Under the pieces are notes generated by a model that ran no database searches, was not told the DNA's origin, and was given only the letters and a program-made list of their open reading frames with translations. Shown here in pieces: positions 47,681 through 61,219 of a stretch of DNA of 64,000 nt (positions are counted from its first letter, which is position 1; every line of letters starts with the position of its first letter). Origin of the DNA: Basidiobolus ranarum (Eukaryota). The stretch covers positions 1-64,000 of the forward strand of contig JASJQH010000005.1 of assembly GCA_040143965.1 (NCBI GenBank), written 5' to 3'. The translations under genes were made by a program, and so were the position numbers.

Positions 47681-48470
47681 ATTTGACAGTCTGTACTAAT
47701 ATTAATGGGAAGGTATCAAGTAGAACTCAAAGACTTGAGGAGTATTTTGAAGATTAAAATATTCAAAGTCTTGTCAGAAGAAAAGGCAATCCAGGGTTAA
47801 AATGCGGCATTAACTATTGGAATCAAATTCAATAGCAGTGAATTGCCCTACCAACGACGTCCACGATAATGTTGAATTAGTGATGCAAGCAAGTTCAATC
47901 AGTCAAACCTGGATTCCAAGTAGTAAATAATTTAATCACTATGCATAACTTTCCGAATGGTTGATTTCTATTTCGTAGTTAAGTAATCCACAAGCAGTTA
48001 ATTTTACACTACGTATAAACATATAGGGAACTGGATTCTACATGTGAAAATCACCTCAAGTTAGTGCGTTATAATAATGCCAGAGATAGTCTGTGGTGAC
48101 AGTAATTTAGATGTGGTAATCTCTTGGGTCCTTATTCAAGGAACTATAAGCATATTTGATCAAACTGTCTCAAAGAGTAAACTTATTTGGATAGCTGTCA
48201 TCCACTGCAAGAAACTGGGGACTTTAGATGGACAAATACAAAACTAACAGAAAGTTTGTCAAATCACTAGAATTTAGCAGGTATTAGTATATCTATGTAT
48301 TTTCGGAATTCTACTTTACGACAACTTCCTTTTTTAGTTCAGAATGTTATGGACAATGTTTGGGTTATGTCGTCATGTCACTTCTTGATTAAGCATAAAC
48401 ACGAACATGAGCAATGATTGCATAGATTATGCAAAGATGGTCGAATTATACGAGAACAGGGATATGTACT

Positions 48471-48504
48471 CTAACCCTTAAACCCTAACCATCGAACCCT
48501 AACT
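48471..48504 (+). repeat. Degenerate interstitial telomere-like (TAACCC)n / telo-box cluster
   Basis: ctaacccttaaaccctaaccatcgaaccctaact; inverted copy cttagggttagggt at 48721-48734. Confidence 0.55.
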
Positions 48505-50016
48505 ATGACTCAATGTTGATGCTGTTGTTGCTTGTTACCAACCAGTTTTCTCAGAGAATTTCATTAATTAAGACCACTGAGCACGTTTTGGGTTTGGTAT
48601 AAATTGACTGATAAACGTAAGAGTGATCGAGACTGGAAATTAGAGTCAACAGCAATGCAAGTGCGCCACTTGAATCTTTCTAAGAACTTAGTCTACACAA
48701 GTATCAGTTGATTGGTAGCACTTAGGGTTAGGGTCATAGATATATATGCAATGATGGATTTACAGAATTCATCTGAATGAGGTCGGACTTAGGTAGCGAA
48801 TGATCAATAAAATATTATGTAATAAGGATAGACAGCCGGTGATCTGATCGTACTTGATCCAACTAGCTGTCACCGTTATGACCCGATTGGTATAATAATA
48901 ACATTTAGGGTATAATAATGATCAACATGGCCACATTCTAGATGAAGTTAAAGGAAGAACTATGATTGACATCACTGCGCTTGAAAGCATTGATGTTATT
49001 AAATGAGATTAGTGTGATTGAGTGGGAAAATTAGGAGTAGAAGCTATCAGTTGTGAGGTAGATGGATTGAATCAAGTAGATGTAGTTGTATGTAGCCAAG
49101 CCCCAGTCAATATAAATATGGAATGGATAAAAGTTATGTTGCAAGTATGAAGAAGTGGGGTAAGTAGCAGCATCTCACAGGTACAGCAATTAAGTTAGAA
49201 TTTAAGTTATTGCCAAGCCCTCAGAGGGATTTAGAGTGGGGAATGATAGTTCGGTCACAAACAGAAGAAATGAAATTAATTGATTAATAACAATCGAGTG
49301 TGATCTAGTATCAGGATTAAAGTATCTATATATTACGATATCGTGTATCAATAAAAGTAATTGAAGAAAAACCGGAATGCAGAAGAATTATGTTTTCTTA
49401 TGGTTGACGGACGAGTAGGAATAAAGGGACATCGAGGCTTATAAACCCAGGTATCATCCCCACTTCCCTATTGTTTGTTTCCAGTGGCTTTGTGAAATCA
49501 ACTGCTACCCAGAATTTCCGTTCAATTCCGCATGCAGTATTGCGGGAGAGCATTCGTAGTCATTAGGCATACCGCAATTTGTACTGATAGAAATGGACTC
49601 TGGCTAGCTATCTGGCCAAACGATACATGACTTGTCCGCGTGACGAGAGAGAAGGCGTGAAATATCAGAGTAGAGAGCAGCATAGTCTTCTGCTACAGAT
49701 TAATTCAGTTGGCCTAATGACATCTAGAATAAGAAAGATTAATTAAGATAGAGGCTTACCAAATTTGGTAGAGATGAAAATGCAAACACAAACGCTCTGG
49801 ATTTCCATTTTTCGTAGCCCCATTTTTACACGATCGTTATGTTCATCTGATCCGCCCAATGGAATCGCCCAATGGAATACGAATACATTCATGCGGTCAC
49901 TAGTCAGAGTAAGACAGCGACTCAACCATGAGACTGCTATAAGTAGCAGCGATCTGTCTGTCTAACAAGCATTCTAGTCTTCGTATACAAACGATACCTT
50001 TGAAAATATCTTTACT

Positions 50017-50878
50017 ATGTTTCATACTAAAAACAACTCTACCCCAATCAACCGACAAGCTGCTGTAGAGGGATTAATAGGTAAAGCCTTGCCACGTTGC
50101 CTCTGTTTGTATTGTTAACACATCCTAATTATTTTGCTTTGTAGATGCTGCGTCTGTCATTATGGACTCCATATGGCCTCAATTCAACCCACAACTGGAT
50201 TTAGAGGTTCTCCCCCTTAAAGGTTTCATCAGAGAAACCATTCGTCGCTCCAAAAGTACTTTTTCTGTGCTCCAAGTTGCGCTGATTTATCTTGTTCGAA
50301 TCAAAGGCCCTCTTGCCAAATATGTCAGCCCTAAAGCTACGCCTGACTTTACCAAATGTAGCCGTAGGATGTTTATTGCTTCGTTGATTCTTGCGTCAAA
50401 GTTCCTTCAGGATAAAAATTACATGAATCGTGCATGGGCCAAGATAATGGGAGTCAAAGTTACCGAAATCAATCATATCGAACAGATCTTTTTACAATTG
50501 ATTGACTATCAGCTTTTCGTACCTGTCTCGACGTTCACTCAGTGGTCTACATTATTACTGAGCTTTGCTAGCAAGCCTCGTAATTCGAATCCTCTATCAA
50601 CCATCTCCTATTCAAACATCCTACAGCAAGAGTCATCCCACAAGGCCACTCACCATATAACTCGTTCAAACAGATACTGCCCATACCCATCACCATCAAA
50701 TACTCCCAATCCCAATACTCAACGTCGTTTCTCAGTGGATGAAATCTGCACTCCCCAGGAATCGCCCATCACCTCAACTCACTCACCCTCAATTGTTGGT
50801 AACAAATCAATCAGCCAGTTATCTATTGCTTATATTGTGAATCCAACTGAAGAAACCTCAATCAATACCATATTCTAA
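50017..50878 (+). CDS. Pho85-type cyclin (Pcl5/Pas1-like), 2 exons
   Basis: LPLKGFIRETIRRSKSTFSVLQVALIYL; CSRRMFIASLILASKFLQDKNY.NRAWAKI; Ser/Pro-rich tail. Confidence 0.88.
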
Positions 50879-51554
50879 GCACTACCTCAATCCAAACCAT
50901 GTTCACATATATTGTTCATCATCATAGAAGCATGTAAAAACCATTCAAAATTGTATATAAATGTATAGTTATTTCTTCATCCAGATGTGACAATGGCTGT
51001 GTTGCGTTATCAAGTGATGATTGCGGTCTTTCTACGGTGTGACGCAGAGCGAAGCGAAACTTTAGTATTACCGCCAGTTAAGCCTTGGTTACTATATTCG
51101 ATGTCAAGGTTTTTGGTTCGTGATCGTAGTAATAAGTATACGTATAATTTGTATAACCTGAGATTGTAGCAATCAATAAGTATAGCTTGATATTGTATGT
51201 GAACCAGACCCAAACCATTATTACCAAAAATATTGGTACTAAACACTCTATTGGTACTAAAATACTCATATGCCTAACACTCAATGATCATGAGGTTCGA
51301 CAATCTACATTTCTGGCTTTATTTACTAAGCTATTTCAGAAGATGTTACTGCTGATTTCACGCCAAGTACCAACCTCATATCCTTACTCTCACATTCCTA
51401 ATGCAAGAAAACAATTATAACCAATAATTCGTAAATTCGTAATAATCTCCAGTATATTACGAGACAGCATTTCAGGGGTAATCTAGAATTGAAATCAAAT
51501 CTTGATAGTGTATTAATTGACTTGCTGACAAAATATTCTGGTTTTACACGAATA

Positions 51555-53306
51555 ATGGGTAAACTCAGTAGTTTGGTAACGGTACTCGCAGTAGCAGCAT
51601 TTCTACTTTACATCGGTAATGCTGTGACCCAAGTGTTCTATCTATTTAATCCTACATTCCAAATCCCTTATTTCTCCACTCCAATCGTAGCTGAGAACTA
51701 TCATAAACAATACTGGCCCGTGGATAAAACTTTTGATGTGTCAGTATATACTTCAACCAAACCAAAATTCACTGCTTTTAAAAGCGTGAAACCTATATGG
51801 ACACTTCATGGCTTGAGTTATGAAGATTCCGAACGAGTTACTGAAATCGAAGTGAAATTACCTAGATCAACTCAAAATAATGGAACTCTTTACGGACACA
51901 TTTTCGTATACGATTCCAATGCCTCACCAGATGACACTGCACCCAACTTCGATTCTTTACGCTTATCACAGACTGTCTCGTTGACGAAATATTCTCCAAA
52001 ACTATTAAACGATACTAGAAATTTATTGTCAGGGACTCAGGAAGCGAACCCTGTTTCAGAGACCACAGAAGGTCCCATCATAACGCACTGGAAGCCTTCT
52101 TTATTTGTAGAGCTAGTAATTGATCGCACAGAATATCCTTTTAACCATATTCCTGCGGATATACACCAGCATATGCTGTTCATACAAACCAAAGAATACC
52201 CTTATCTTCCTATCCTTTCCGTTAACGAATTTGGCCACCGTAGAGAACAGTTATTACCTGTTGAAGCTAAAGAGCAAGGAGTGCTTCGTATGCCATTAAA
52301 ACTTCACTTTAAAAGAGTTAACTTGGGAATGTTCCGTTTACATCGTATGCTTGGAAACACTCTTGATTTATTGTCATCTCCTCAAGCACAAATCCAAATT
52401 TCCGATAAAGAGGTTGATAATCTTCGTCAGATGTTCTTTGAAGTGAATCCAACACTTTTAGCGGTGACTCTATTGGCTTCCATGCTACATCTTCTATTTG
52501 ATTTTTTGGCTTTCAAATCAGATATATCTCATTGGCGCTCTAAACAAACAATGGAGGGAGTTTCGCGTAGTTCTATAGCTATGAGTGCAATCACTCAAAT
52601 CATGATTGTATTTTATCTGTGGGATAAGAAGAAAGATACCAGTATTTTGATATTAGGTGGAGCTGTGGTGTCTACCTTGGGTATGTATCATAGTTTACTT
52701 TGCTTTTGAAGGCATCTAATTTAACCATTTGTTTGTTTAGTTGAATTATGGAAAGTTGTCAAGGTCTACAAGCTCAATTTCTCTTGGAAGGGAATTCGAT
52801 CTGAAAAAGGGAAGATTCTCACGAAAGATGAGGAAATCAGCAGGGATATTGATAAGACGGTTATCTACTATATCACCATCTTATGCATACCCATTTCCAT
52901 TAGCTATGCTGGATATTCACTTGTATTCTGGGAACACAAGAGCTTCTATTCATGGTCTTTGGATGCCTTAATGGCTGCTGTCTACTTGTTGGGCTTGTAA
53001 GTTGACGTATTATACAATGTGTAGTATCGATGCGGTAGTAACATTTTCTCTAGCATCAACATGACTCCACAGATCTTCTTGAATTACCGTCTGAAATCCG
53101 TAGAGGCACTTCCGATTAATGCATTCTTATTCAAGGCAATCAACACCTTCGTAGATGACTTGTTTGCCCTAGTTATCCCTATGCCTACCTTAACTCGCTT
53201 GAGTGCGTTTAGAGATGACCTGGTATTCTTCGTATTAATGTATCAATGGTGGATTTATCCCAAGCGTAAGATCTCCGACGAAGAGGAAAAGAAAAAAGTC
53301 GAATAG
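51555..53306 (+). CDS. CLPTM1/CLPTM1L family ER membrane protein (lipid scramblase-like), 3 exons
   Basis: TQNNGTLYGH; LH.LFDFLAFKSDISHW; MTPQIFLNYRLKSV..LP; KAINTFVDDLFA.VIPMP...RLSAFRDD. Confidence 0.92.
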
Positions 53307-53420
53307 CTTGAGAAATTGGATTTAATTGTAGTCGGGGAAGTAATTGAAAGTATTCTAGTCATGAAGTGTTTGCTCAATAAATCTATACATATTTTCACTC
53401 ATAAAGCCAGATGCGACCAT

Positions 53421-54500
53421 TTATCTAAGCTTGGGATATATTCGTTGATACGTTTGGGGAAGTGAACCTAACGGAAAGGAAGTAGAGTGCATCCAATCGT
53501 AGCATTCTTTGCTAAGCCCAACTTCATCAATCAATCCTATTAAAAACTCATTCGGCTCTGGGATATTTGCCAGCATAATTTGTATTGAATCGTCATTCCA
53601 AGGGCCAATCTTTCTATGCATTAATATTCTAAATGCCAATCTCGTGGGCTCAGTCAAGGCGCGCTCTGGCCACTGTTGGTGGATCAAGTTCAGCATAGTT
53701 GATATTCCACCGTTCGTACCGTAATGAACCAGTAGATTTTGTATGGCTGCATCGCTCAGCGTTCTACACAGTCCTCGTTCCTGCAAGAAGTATAGCTTAT
53801 CGGTCACTCTACGGGTAGGGTCCCCATCAGGATTGATTTTCAATAAATAAGTTAGAATGTCTTGATCAGCTTCTTGAACGTATACATTGTGCAGTAGCAT
53901 AGATAAACCGATCTTTGTTGGTGGAAACAACAGAGTCAGCAAGTAGTAACCAACATACATACTGGTCGCTGTTTCATCGCGAGAGGTATCTTGATAGTAG
54001 AGCTTCAAACTGTGGATTGTAGGTAATATACCATAATTGGTCACCAGATCCTTGACTCGACTGGCTCCTTCAAATTGACACGAGATCAACTGACTGAACT
54101 CCTGACCATAAATGCAATCAGAATGAAAGCGATTTGGAGGAAAACGCTTCAGTCCATCCTCCAGTATACCCCCAATATCGCTCGCCAAAATAGAGCTTGG
54201 AAGCTCTGGAAGCTTGGTAAGAAGAAGGACTATCTCGTGAACGTACACTTGAAAGAACCAAACATCAGGAATGATGCCACGTTCTAATAAACCATGATAA
54301 ATATTTAAGGTCAAGGTCTGAGGATAGCGATATGCTACCTTCCATAAGCCTTCCTTTCCTGCCAAATTGTAAAAGGCGCCAACAATTACGCTGGGACTGG
54401 TTCCTAGTTTCATAAATCGTTTGTTTACACATGTATACAGTGGCGGGTATTCTAAGTATTCGAAAATGTGTATCAATATATCGTCTGGTAAACAATCCAT
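53421..54500 (-). CDS. F-box-like protein, single exon, C-terminus unrecognised
   Basis: N-terminal MDCLPDDILIHIFEYL....CVNKRF F-box pattern; 359-aa open frame. Confidence 0.65.
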   Translation of the reverse strand: MDCLPDDILIHIFEYLEYPPLYTCVNKRFMKLGTSPSVIVGAFYNLAGKEGLWKVAYRYPQTLTLNIYHGLLERGIIPDVWFFQVYVHEIVLLLTKLPELPSSILASDIGGILEDGLKRFPPNRFHSDCIYGQEFSQLISCQFEGASRVKDLVTNYGILPTIHSLKLYYQDTSRDETATSMYVGYYLLTLLFPPTKIGLSMLLHNVYVQEADQDILTYLLKINPDGDPTRRVTDKLYFLQERGLCRTLSDAAIQNLLVHYGTNGGISTMLNLIHQQWPERALTEPTRLAFRILMHRKIGPWNDDSIQIMLANIPEPNEFLIGLIDEVGLSKECYDWMHSTSFPLGSLPQTYQRIYPKLR

Positions 54501-55252
54501 CGTTCAAGTGCAGTTGGGTGTAATTAAGAATGAGCTCTAGTTAATTAGAAAAGAGACAATGCTTTGAGGTGCAACCATTGATTCTTATAAATGTGATTCA
54601 ACGATCGAGTCCAATATCCATGCAATCAATTCAACCCCATTTCTAGAGCATCCGACTCTCTTTAAGCCAAGAATGCCAGTACACTCCAGAACGGTATGCA
54701 TCGAGGCAGGGCACTTATTTAATACACCAATGTACAGATCCTTGGTTGAAGAAACACCACCTCCATCGCTCAAGTCTACCCCACTAATACATTGTCAGTG
54801 GTTTAGGGCTTTAGAGGATCGGTAAGATGATGATGCAGGAATCGCCAATAATCAGCCCATTGAAGACGTATATGGAGATATGTAAACGTACTAATCAACC
54901 ATGCAGAAGATGAAAGCAGCTAAGGAGGCCACTAGATATGAACAAGTCACACAAGAATAACCAGTTAATTTTACTCAAACAAGGAGATTAAAGACAGAAG
55001 CGGAAGGTGATGGCGATGGCGTAATACTCGAGGGATTATCTAATTCTTACTTTTCATCTATGGGAACTAATGGCTCAAGGATCTACTTTTGCTACAACAT
55101 GAATATCCAGCAAACAGAGATCTACCGCTTTGTATGAATTCTGGCGAATTGGTAACCCTTATCATCTCCTCAAATCCCCTCTCAATTGCAGTTCGATTGT
55201 GGACGTCACTGTCCTTAATGTGCAAATATATCACAAGTACATATACCCCACT

Positions 55253-55340
55253 CTAACCCTCATGATTAATCCAGGATTCAACTGTAGTTACCCTAACCCT
55301 CATGATTAATCCAGGATTCGACTGTAATTACCCTAACCCT
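55253..55340 (+). repeat. 40-bp tandem repeat (about 2.2 copies) containing CCCTAACCCT
   Basis: ctaaccctcatgattaatccaggattc(a/g)actgta(g/a)ttacc twice, plus a partial third copy. Confidence 0.9.
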
Positions 55341-55619
55341 ACACTGTAATTAGTGTAGTAGTGATCCATCCATCCATTTACAAGCATTCAGGCATAAATA
55401 CTAGTTTATGCCCTGATTCCTAACTTTACCCAAATAAATACCGATAAAAAAAATCGTACTATATGAGAAAATTCATTAGATACGTCAAAAATCAATGATT
55501 TTTGAAATCTAAAAAAAAAAATCCACCCAAGGAAATACGGAGAAGTGATATATCTAAAGAAAACATAGGTTTTACACAGTTGCTAGCGCCTAGAGTTACT
55601 GTTCTCAACCCAAATTAAA

Positions 55620-58108
55620 ATGGAAGGAATGATAGATTTATTCCAAAAAATCGGTTTAACCGAACAAAGGGCTAAAGATACCGCTAAAAACAAGAAGTTG
55701 GCTCCTACATTGGAAAGAACTATCACCGAAGCTGGTGTTCAAGATGGGTGTGATAAGAATATTGGTGCTTTGCTCTACACTCTGGCTTCCACTTTAAACA
55801 AAGAAGCTACACCACATCTTCCTTACCTAGCTCAAGCTGTTATTTCCGGAAAACTTGCTTCAACTGAACAAATTGCTGCTGCTATTGAGTATGTTAGTAA
55901 CCTCAGAGATTCTCAGATTAACGAGCAGGAGTTCAATCAACATTGTGGTGTTGGTGTAGTAATCACTCCCGAACAAGTTCAGCACGAAGTTTCTCAACAA
56001 ATTGAGCAAAATAAGGAGAAGATTCTTAGTGATAGATACCGTTGCCTTGGTATCACTTTGAGCACCATCAAGCAGAATCCTGAACTCAAGTGGGCTAATG
56101 GAGCTGTTGTCAAGGATGAAGTTGAGAAACAATTTCTCGCCCTTCTTGGTCCTAAGGACGAGCGTGACCAAGTTGTAAAAGGGAAGAAGAAGGAAAAGAA
56201 AGAGAAACCTAGTGCTGGTAAGATGATACAAATAACCTGTCTGCCCATTTAATCACAGAATATTAACCAAATTGCTCAACAGATAAAAAGGCATCTTCTG
56301 CACCTGTCAAGAAAGACCCCAACAGTATTTTCTTTGAGGGTGAACTTTCTAGACTTCACAAACCAGGAGGCAACAAACAAATCAAAGATGAATTAATGAT
56401 CGAGCATTTGAAAGCCACCGGTGGTAAGGTTGTCACCCGTTTCCCACCTGAGCCTAATGGTTTCCTTCATATCGGTCACGCAAAGGCTATCAACATCAAT
56501 TTTGGTTATGCTGAGGCCCATAACGGTATTTGTTACCTTCGTTACGATGACACAAATCCTGAGGCTGAGGAGGAACAATATTTCATTTCCATCCTTGAAA
56601 CTGTCAAATGGCTTGGCTTCACTCCATACAAAATCACCTATTCTTCAGACTATTTCCAAAGACTTTATGAACTCGCCGTATTCATGATCCAGAAGGATTT
56701 GGCTTACGTTTGTTATTGTACTGGTGAAGAGATCTATGCTCAACGTGGTGGGGCCGAAAAGGGACCTCGTTATGAATGTAGTCATCGTAATCGTCCTATT
56801 GAGGAGTCTTTGGCTGAGTTTGAAAAGATGAAGCAGGGTCAATATAAAGAAGGGGAAGCTATCTTACGTATGAAAATGAACATGCAAGATGGTAACCCAC
56901 AATTCTGGGATCTTGTCGCATACCGTATCTTGTATACTCCTCATCATCGTACCGGATCTGAATGGTGCATCTATCCTACATACGATTTCACCCATTGCCT
57001 GGTCGACTCCTTCGAGAACATTACCCACTCTCTTTGCACAACTGAGTTCACTCAATCTAGACCTTCCTATTTCTGGTTATGTGATGCTGTTGAAGTCTAT
57101 AAGCCAGTACAGTGGGAATATGGACGTCTTAACGTTACCAATACAGTGTTATCCAAGCGTAAGGTTTTAGAGTTGGTTGAGTTAGGCCATGTTCACGACT
57201 GGGATGACCCTAGACTGTTCACCCTTGCTGCCATTCGTCGTCGTGGTGTTCCCCCAGAGGCCATCAACATCTTTGTCCGTGAATTAGGAGTAACCACCTC
57301 TAAATCCACTATCGATGTAGCTCGTTTGGACAACCATATTCGTGATCATCTTAACGAAACTGTCCCTCGTGTTATGGCCCTCCTTGAGCCCCTCAAGGTC
57401 ACTCTTACCAATCTTCCTGGCGACTACTTGGAGGAAATCACTGTCCCCAACAAGCCTAGAGATCCTAAATTGGGTGAACACATTGTTCCATTCACCAAGA
57501 CTGTATACATTGATCGTAGTGATTTCAGAGAACAAGACTCTTCTGATTACTTCCGCCTTGCTCCAGGAAAATCTGTCGGTTTGTTACACGTCAAATTCCC
57601 TATTACCTGCCAAGACGTTGTTAAAGATGCTGCTGGCAACATTGTCGAGCTCATCTGTCATTACGATAACGAAGGAGAATTCAAAAAGCCAAAAACCTAT
57701 ATCCAATGGGTTGCTGACTCTCCAGCCCACAATTCACCTGTTAAAATTGATGAGATTAGACTTTATGAGAAATTGTTCTTCCACGCTAATCCTCAAGATA
57801 AGACAGCTGTTCCCGGCGGTTGGTTGAGTGACATCAACCCTGACTCGATCCAAATTCATCGCGGAGCTATCTTGGAAGTCGGTATCTGGGATGTTATCAA
57901 GCGGTGGTATGAGCAAGCTGTTGCTAAGCAGCATGTTGATCGTATTGAAGATATTCGTTTCCAGTTGATTCGTATCGGTTACTTCTGTTTTGACAAGGAT
58001 AGCCAGTTCAATGAGGAAGAATTCAAGAAGGACCCCTCCAAGGCATTCAAATCACTTATCCTCAACCGTACCGTCACCTTGAAGGAAGATTCAAAGAAAG
58101 AAAATTAA
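55620..58108 (+). CDS. GLN4: Glutaminyl-tRNA synthetase, 2 exons
   Basis: Eukaryotic N-terminal domain; TRFPPEPNGFLHIGH; RYDDTNPE; YPTYDFTHC; VLSKRK; WDDPRL. Confidence 0.98.
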
Positions 58109-59161
58109 TAATTATTTGATTCCTCTTTACACAATCTTTACTCGTATTTATCACAGTTGTTACTTTACAATCAATTAAAGTTCTAATCAAACTTGTGTTC
58201 AACATGAAAGCCAATGAAATCCATTTGAAGATGAGATGAACATATGCAGAAATTAACATTATCACTGCTGACTCTGCTACAGAAATAAACCTGCAAATAC
58301 TGTAAGAGTGCTGAAGATCACTACAGCCACAATGGTTGTACAGAATAAACAACATGTTATACATCGTGATCTAAGATAAACCCAAAGTCTGGCTTAAAAC
58401 ATGAAGCTATTTAGTGCAAGTACTATATATAGATTAACCAATATGACTTTAATATATTTATATACATATATATAAACAGATACTGCTTGAAACCATGATG
58501 GACGATAATGCTTCATTTGTCAGGTAGCGATCGATATCAGATCTTCGAATCTTCCAAATGAAGCTATCGAACTAAAAGCGAAAGCCACCAGAAGGAGAAT
58601 GTTCAACCCAACTTAAAAAAGGGAAATCTTCAAATGGATATGTCAATGGTTCCTCGGAGTTCGAGGTCTAGATGTTACATTCTTTTACTTTCGGAAGCAT
58701 AGACTTCATTATCAACTCTAAAATGTGATGCTATACCATTTGAAGTCAACGTTGGTATTGGTGTTTGTATTTATATACTATACATCATTCATCATCTCTT
58801 CTGTTATTGCTTTGCTTTTCTTTTTAATTGGCCAATTTGCTTCAGTGTCTCGTTTCCGACATAGAGACAATTATCAGTATTTGAGTTCTTTTCCACTGCT
58901 CGTTCTATCATTAGGAATATATCGTTTGTACTTATTCTTACAATATACACAAACCTAGACCTTTACCCTTTTTGCATGGACTTTTAGTAGCTCCGACAGA
59001 AGGCAGTGTCTGTCATTCTGTTTCTAACCTAGTATATTGCAACACTATATCCTTTTTTCAACAACTTGATACTTCTTTTTCCCTTTTTTCCCTTTTTTTA
59101 CTATTCTCGATAACTGATCTCTCTTAGGACCTTTCTTTCTCCCTCACAATACCGAACGGTC

Positions 59162-60395
59162 ATGTTAAAATTATCTCTTTTGTGGACCCACTTACCACTT
59201 CTATTGTTAAGCAAGCCAATTACTGCATCACTATCACATTCCGAACAGCCCAGTTGTATAAGTTTGAAAGACTCTACTTTTTGTCGTGGTGCCTTTGGTA
59301 AATATTTCATATCAAATGAAACTTGGATTGCCGGGAATTCAGCTAGTAGTATACAAGTATTCGACCGTATGTTGAGTTATTACTTTGGATCACAAACCGA
59401 TGTCCACGAAATCGACACCCGCTTTCATTGTACTAATGGACCGGGATGGGACGGTATATATGAGCCACCTTATAGAGTTAGCCATACCTGTATATCCATC
59501 TTAAATCAGGTTCCTTCGAAAGCTTGTAATGTTAATAACCCAGTTCCACCCCTTTGTAAGTCGGCTTGTTTAGCTTATGCTGACGGTTGGGCGGTGCTGA
59601 TAAAAAATCAGACTGCGTGTCCGGCTCCACAAAAAGAAGTGAACTACTTGCTGAGTACACTATATGATGGGTGTGAACAATATCCATACAATGGTGCTGA
59701 AGGTAACTGCATATCTGGATATGAAGATGATGGTAGTGTTTGTGGTAAGTTTACAAATTCCGTTAGTAGCCCCATGGACCGATATTAACTTGAATTCATG
59801 TTATTAAGGATTCTCCTTACCGGAAGGACTTGATTCATTATGCACATTTTGTAACTCTTCGGATAATCCTTGTTGTCAAACTGAAACCGCTTTGTCCTGT
59901 CCTGGACGCTCCAACGCAGGTAGAAAGAGCCATATTAGCACGGCGGCGCTAGTATGCTCAATTGTGTTTGGATGTTTGGGCGGGATTCTTTTGATTGTCT
60001 TAGGTATCTTCTTTTATAAAAGAAGGAAGAAATCCAAGCAATTGAATATTACCAAAATCGAAGATTCTTCAATATCAGAATCTTTTTCCACAGCTCACTT
60101 GAATACTGCCGTGCAATCGGTGTCTGAATACGTGTGTAAGTTTCCCTATAACCCAGCTCTATCCGATGAGCTTTTGTTGGAAGTTGGAGATGTTATAACC
60201 ATTATGTGGATATTCAACGATGGTTGGGGGGTTGGTAAAAACCAAACTCGCGGTGAAGAAGGAGCATTTCCTATGGCTTGTGTGACTACAAAGCAAATCG
60301 ATAACTTGGAGGATTTCAACGCCTCAACCATCACTAACCGGATCCCACGTAGAGTATCATCCAAACGGATATCGAATAGAGATCAATCGGCTTAG
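59162..60395 (+). CDS. Single-pass membrane protein: signal peptide, Cys-rich ectodomain, TM, cytoplasmic SH3; 2 exons
   Basis: Signal peptide; CISLKDSTFC...PLCKSAC ectodomain; TM ALVCSIVFGCLGGILLIVLGIFFY followed by KRRKK; SH3 YNPALSDEL.LEVGD..DGWGVG..GEEGAFP. Confidence 0.85.
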
Positions 60396-60543
60396 GTTAG
60401 AATATACATAGATATACAAAGATTGGGAATGTTCAAATTCCCATAATTACTCTCATCCAATCCCTTGCTCATTATAAATATTTTTCATGGAATTTAAACT
60501 ATGTTGCATCGATTTACAAGTTTATTTTGAATATTCTTAAGGC

Positions 60544-61219
60544 TTACTTGCCATAGTAGTACATCATGGATGGGTTACGAGTGTTGGCAGGATTTAATGC
60601 AAAATGACCAGATGTTTGCACGTATTGTTGAATGACATTACAATTACAGTTTCTATGAGCTAATAGTTGCCCTTTCAGTTGCAACACTTCCTCCTTCAGT
60701 TGACCGACCATCATGTGTAATGATTTATTGCGATCGGTCACTTCCTCTGACTTCATTTCGAGTTCCTGCATCCACACCTTCTTTTTTTGTCGGCATTTCG
60801 ATGCTACAATTGGATGTTAGATTTAATTATCGAAGATCTGATTATCCACCATTAGATGATTATTTACCAGCCATTCTGTTCCGCTCTAGGAATTTCTTTC
60901 TTTTCTCCTCCGAGTCATCGTTGTTGCTGGAGTTCCTTCTTTTATGTGAATATGGATTGTTGGTATCTTCTGAGTCATTGGAGCTATCATCATTTTGAGA
61001 TTGGGATGTCCTGTTTAGAGGTTGATCCTGTTCTTGATCATGTGATTTGGTGTAGTTCATGTAGGAATCAGATGGAAAGGGATTTTTTTGGAAACTTTGT
61101 TCGAAAGGATTCGACTCAGGGTTGAGTTTGTATTCACCACATTCCATCAAGAATCTAGTGGGAGTCGGTAAAGCTGTTTCCGCGAGATTATCGCGTCCAG
61201 GCATGCTTGAGCGATCCAT
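60544..61219 (-). CDS. ATF/CREB-family bZIP transcription factor (Atf1-like, compact), 2 exons
   Basis: LPTPTRF; ESNPFEQSF; EEKRKKFLERNRMA^ASKCRQKKKVWMQELE...LKEEVLQLKGQLLAHRNC. Confidence 0.92.

Noticed and set aside
51005-51165. C/D-box or U3-like snoRNA (GTGATGA...AGAGCG...CTGA)
   Set aside because: No box A, terminal stem or recognisable rRNA guide
39009-51267. Short direct duplications (ATATAGAAAGGTAAAT x2 near 39010; TATTGGTACTAAA x2 near 51231)
   Set aside because: Two-copy local slippage in UTR/intergenic DNA; not CRISPR-like and no element between the copies
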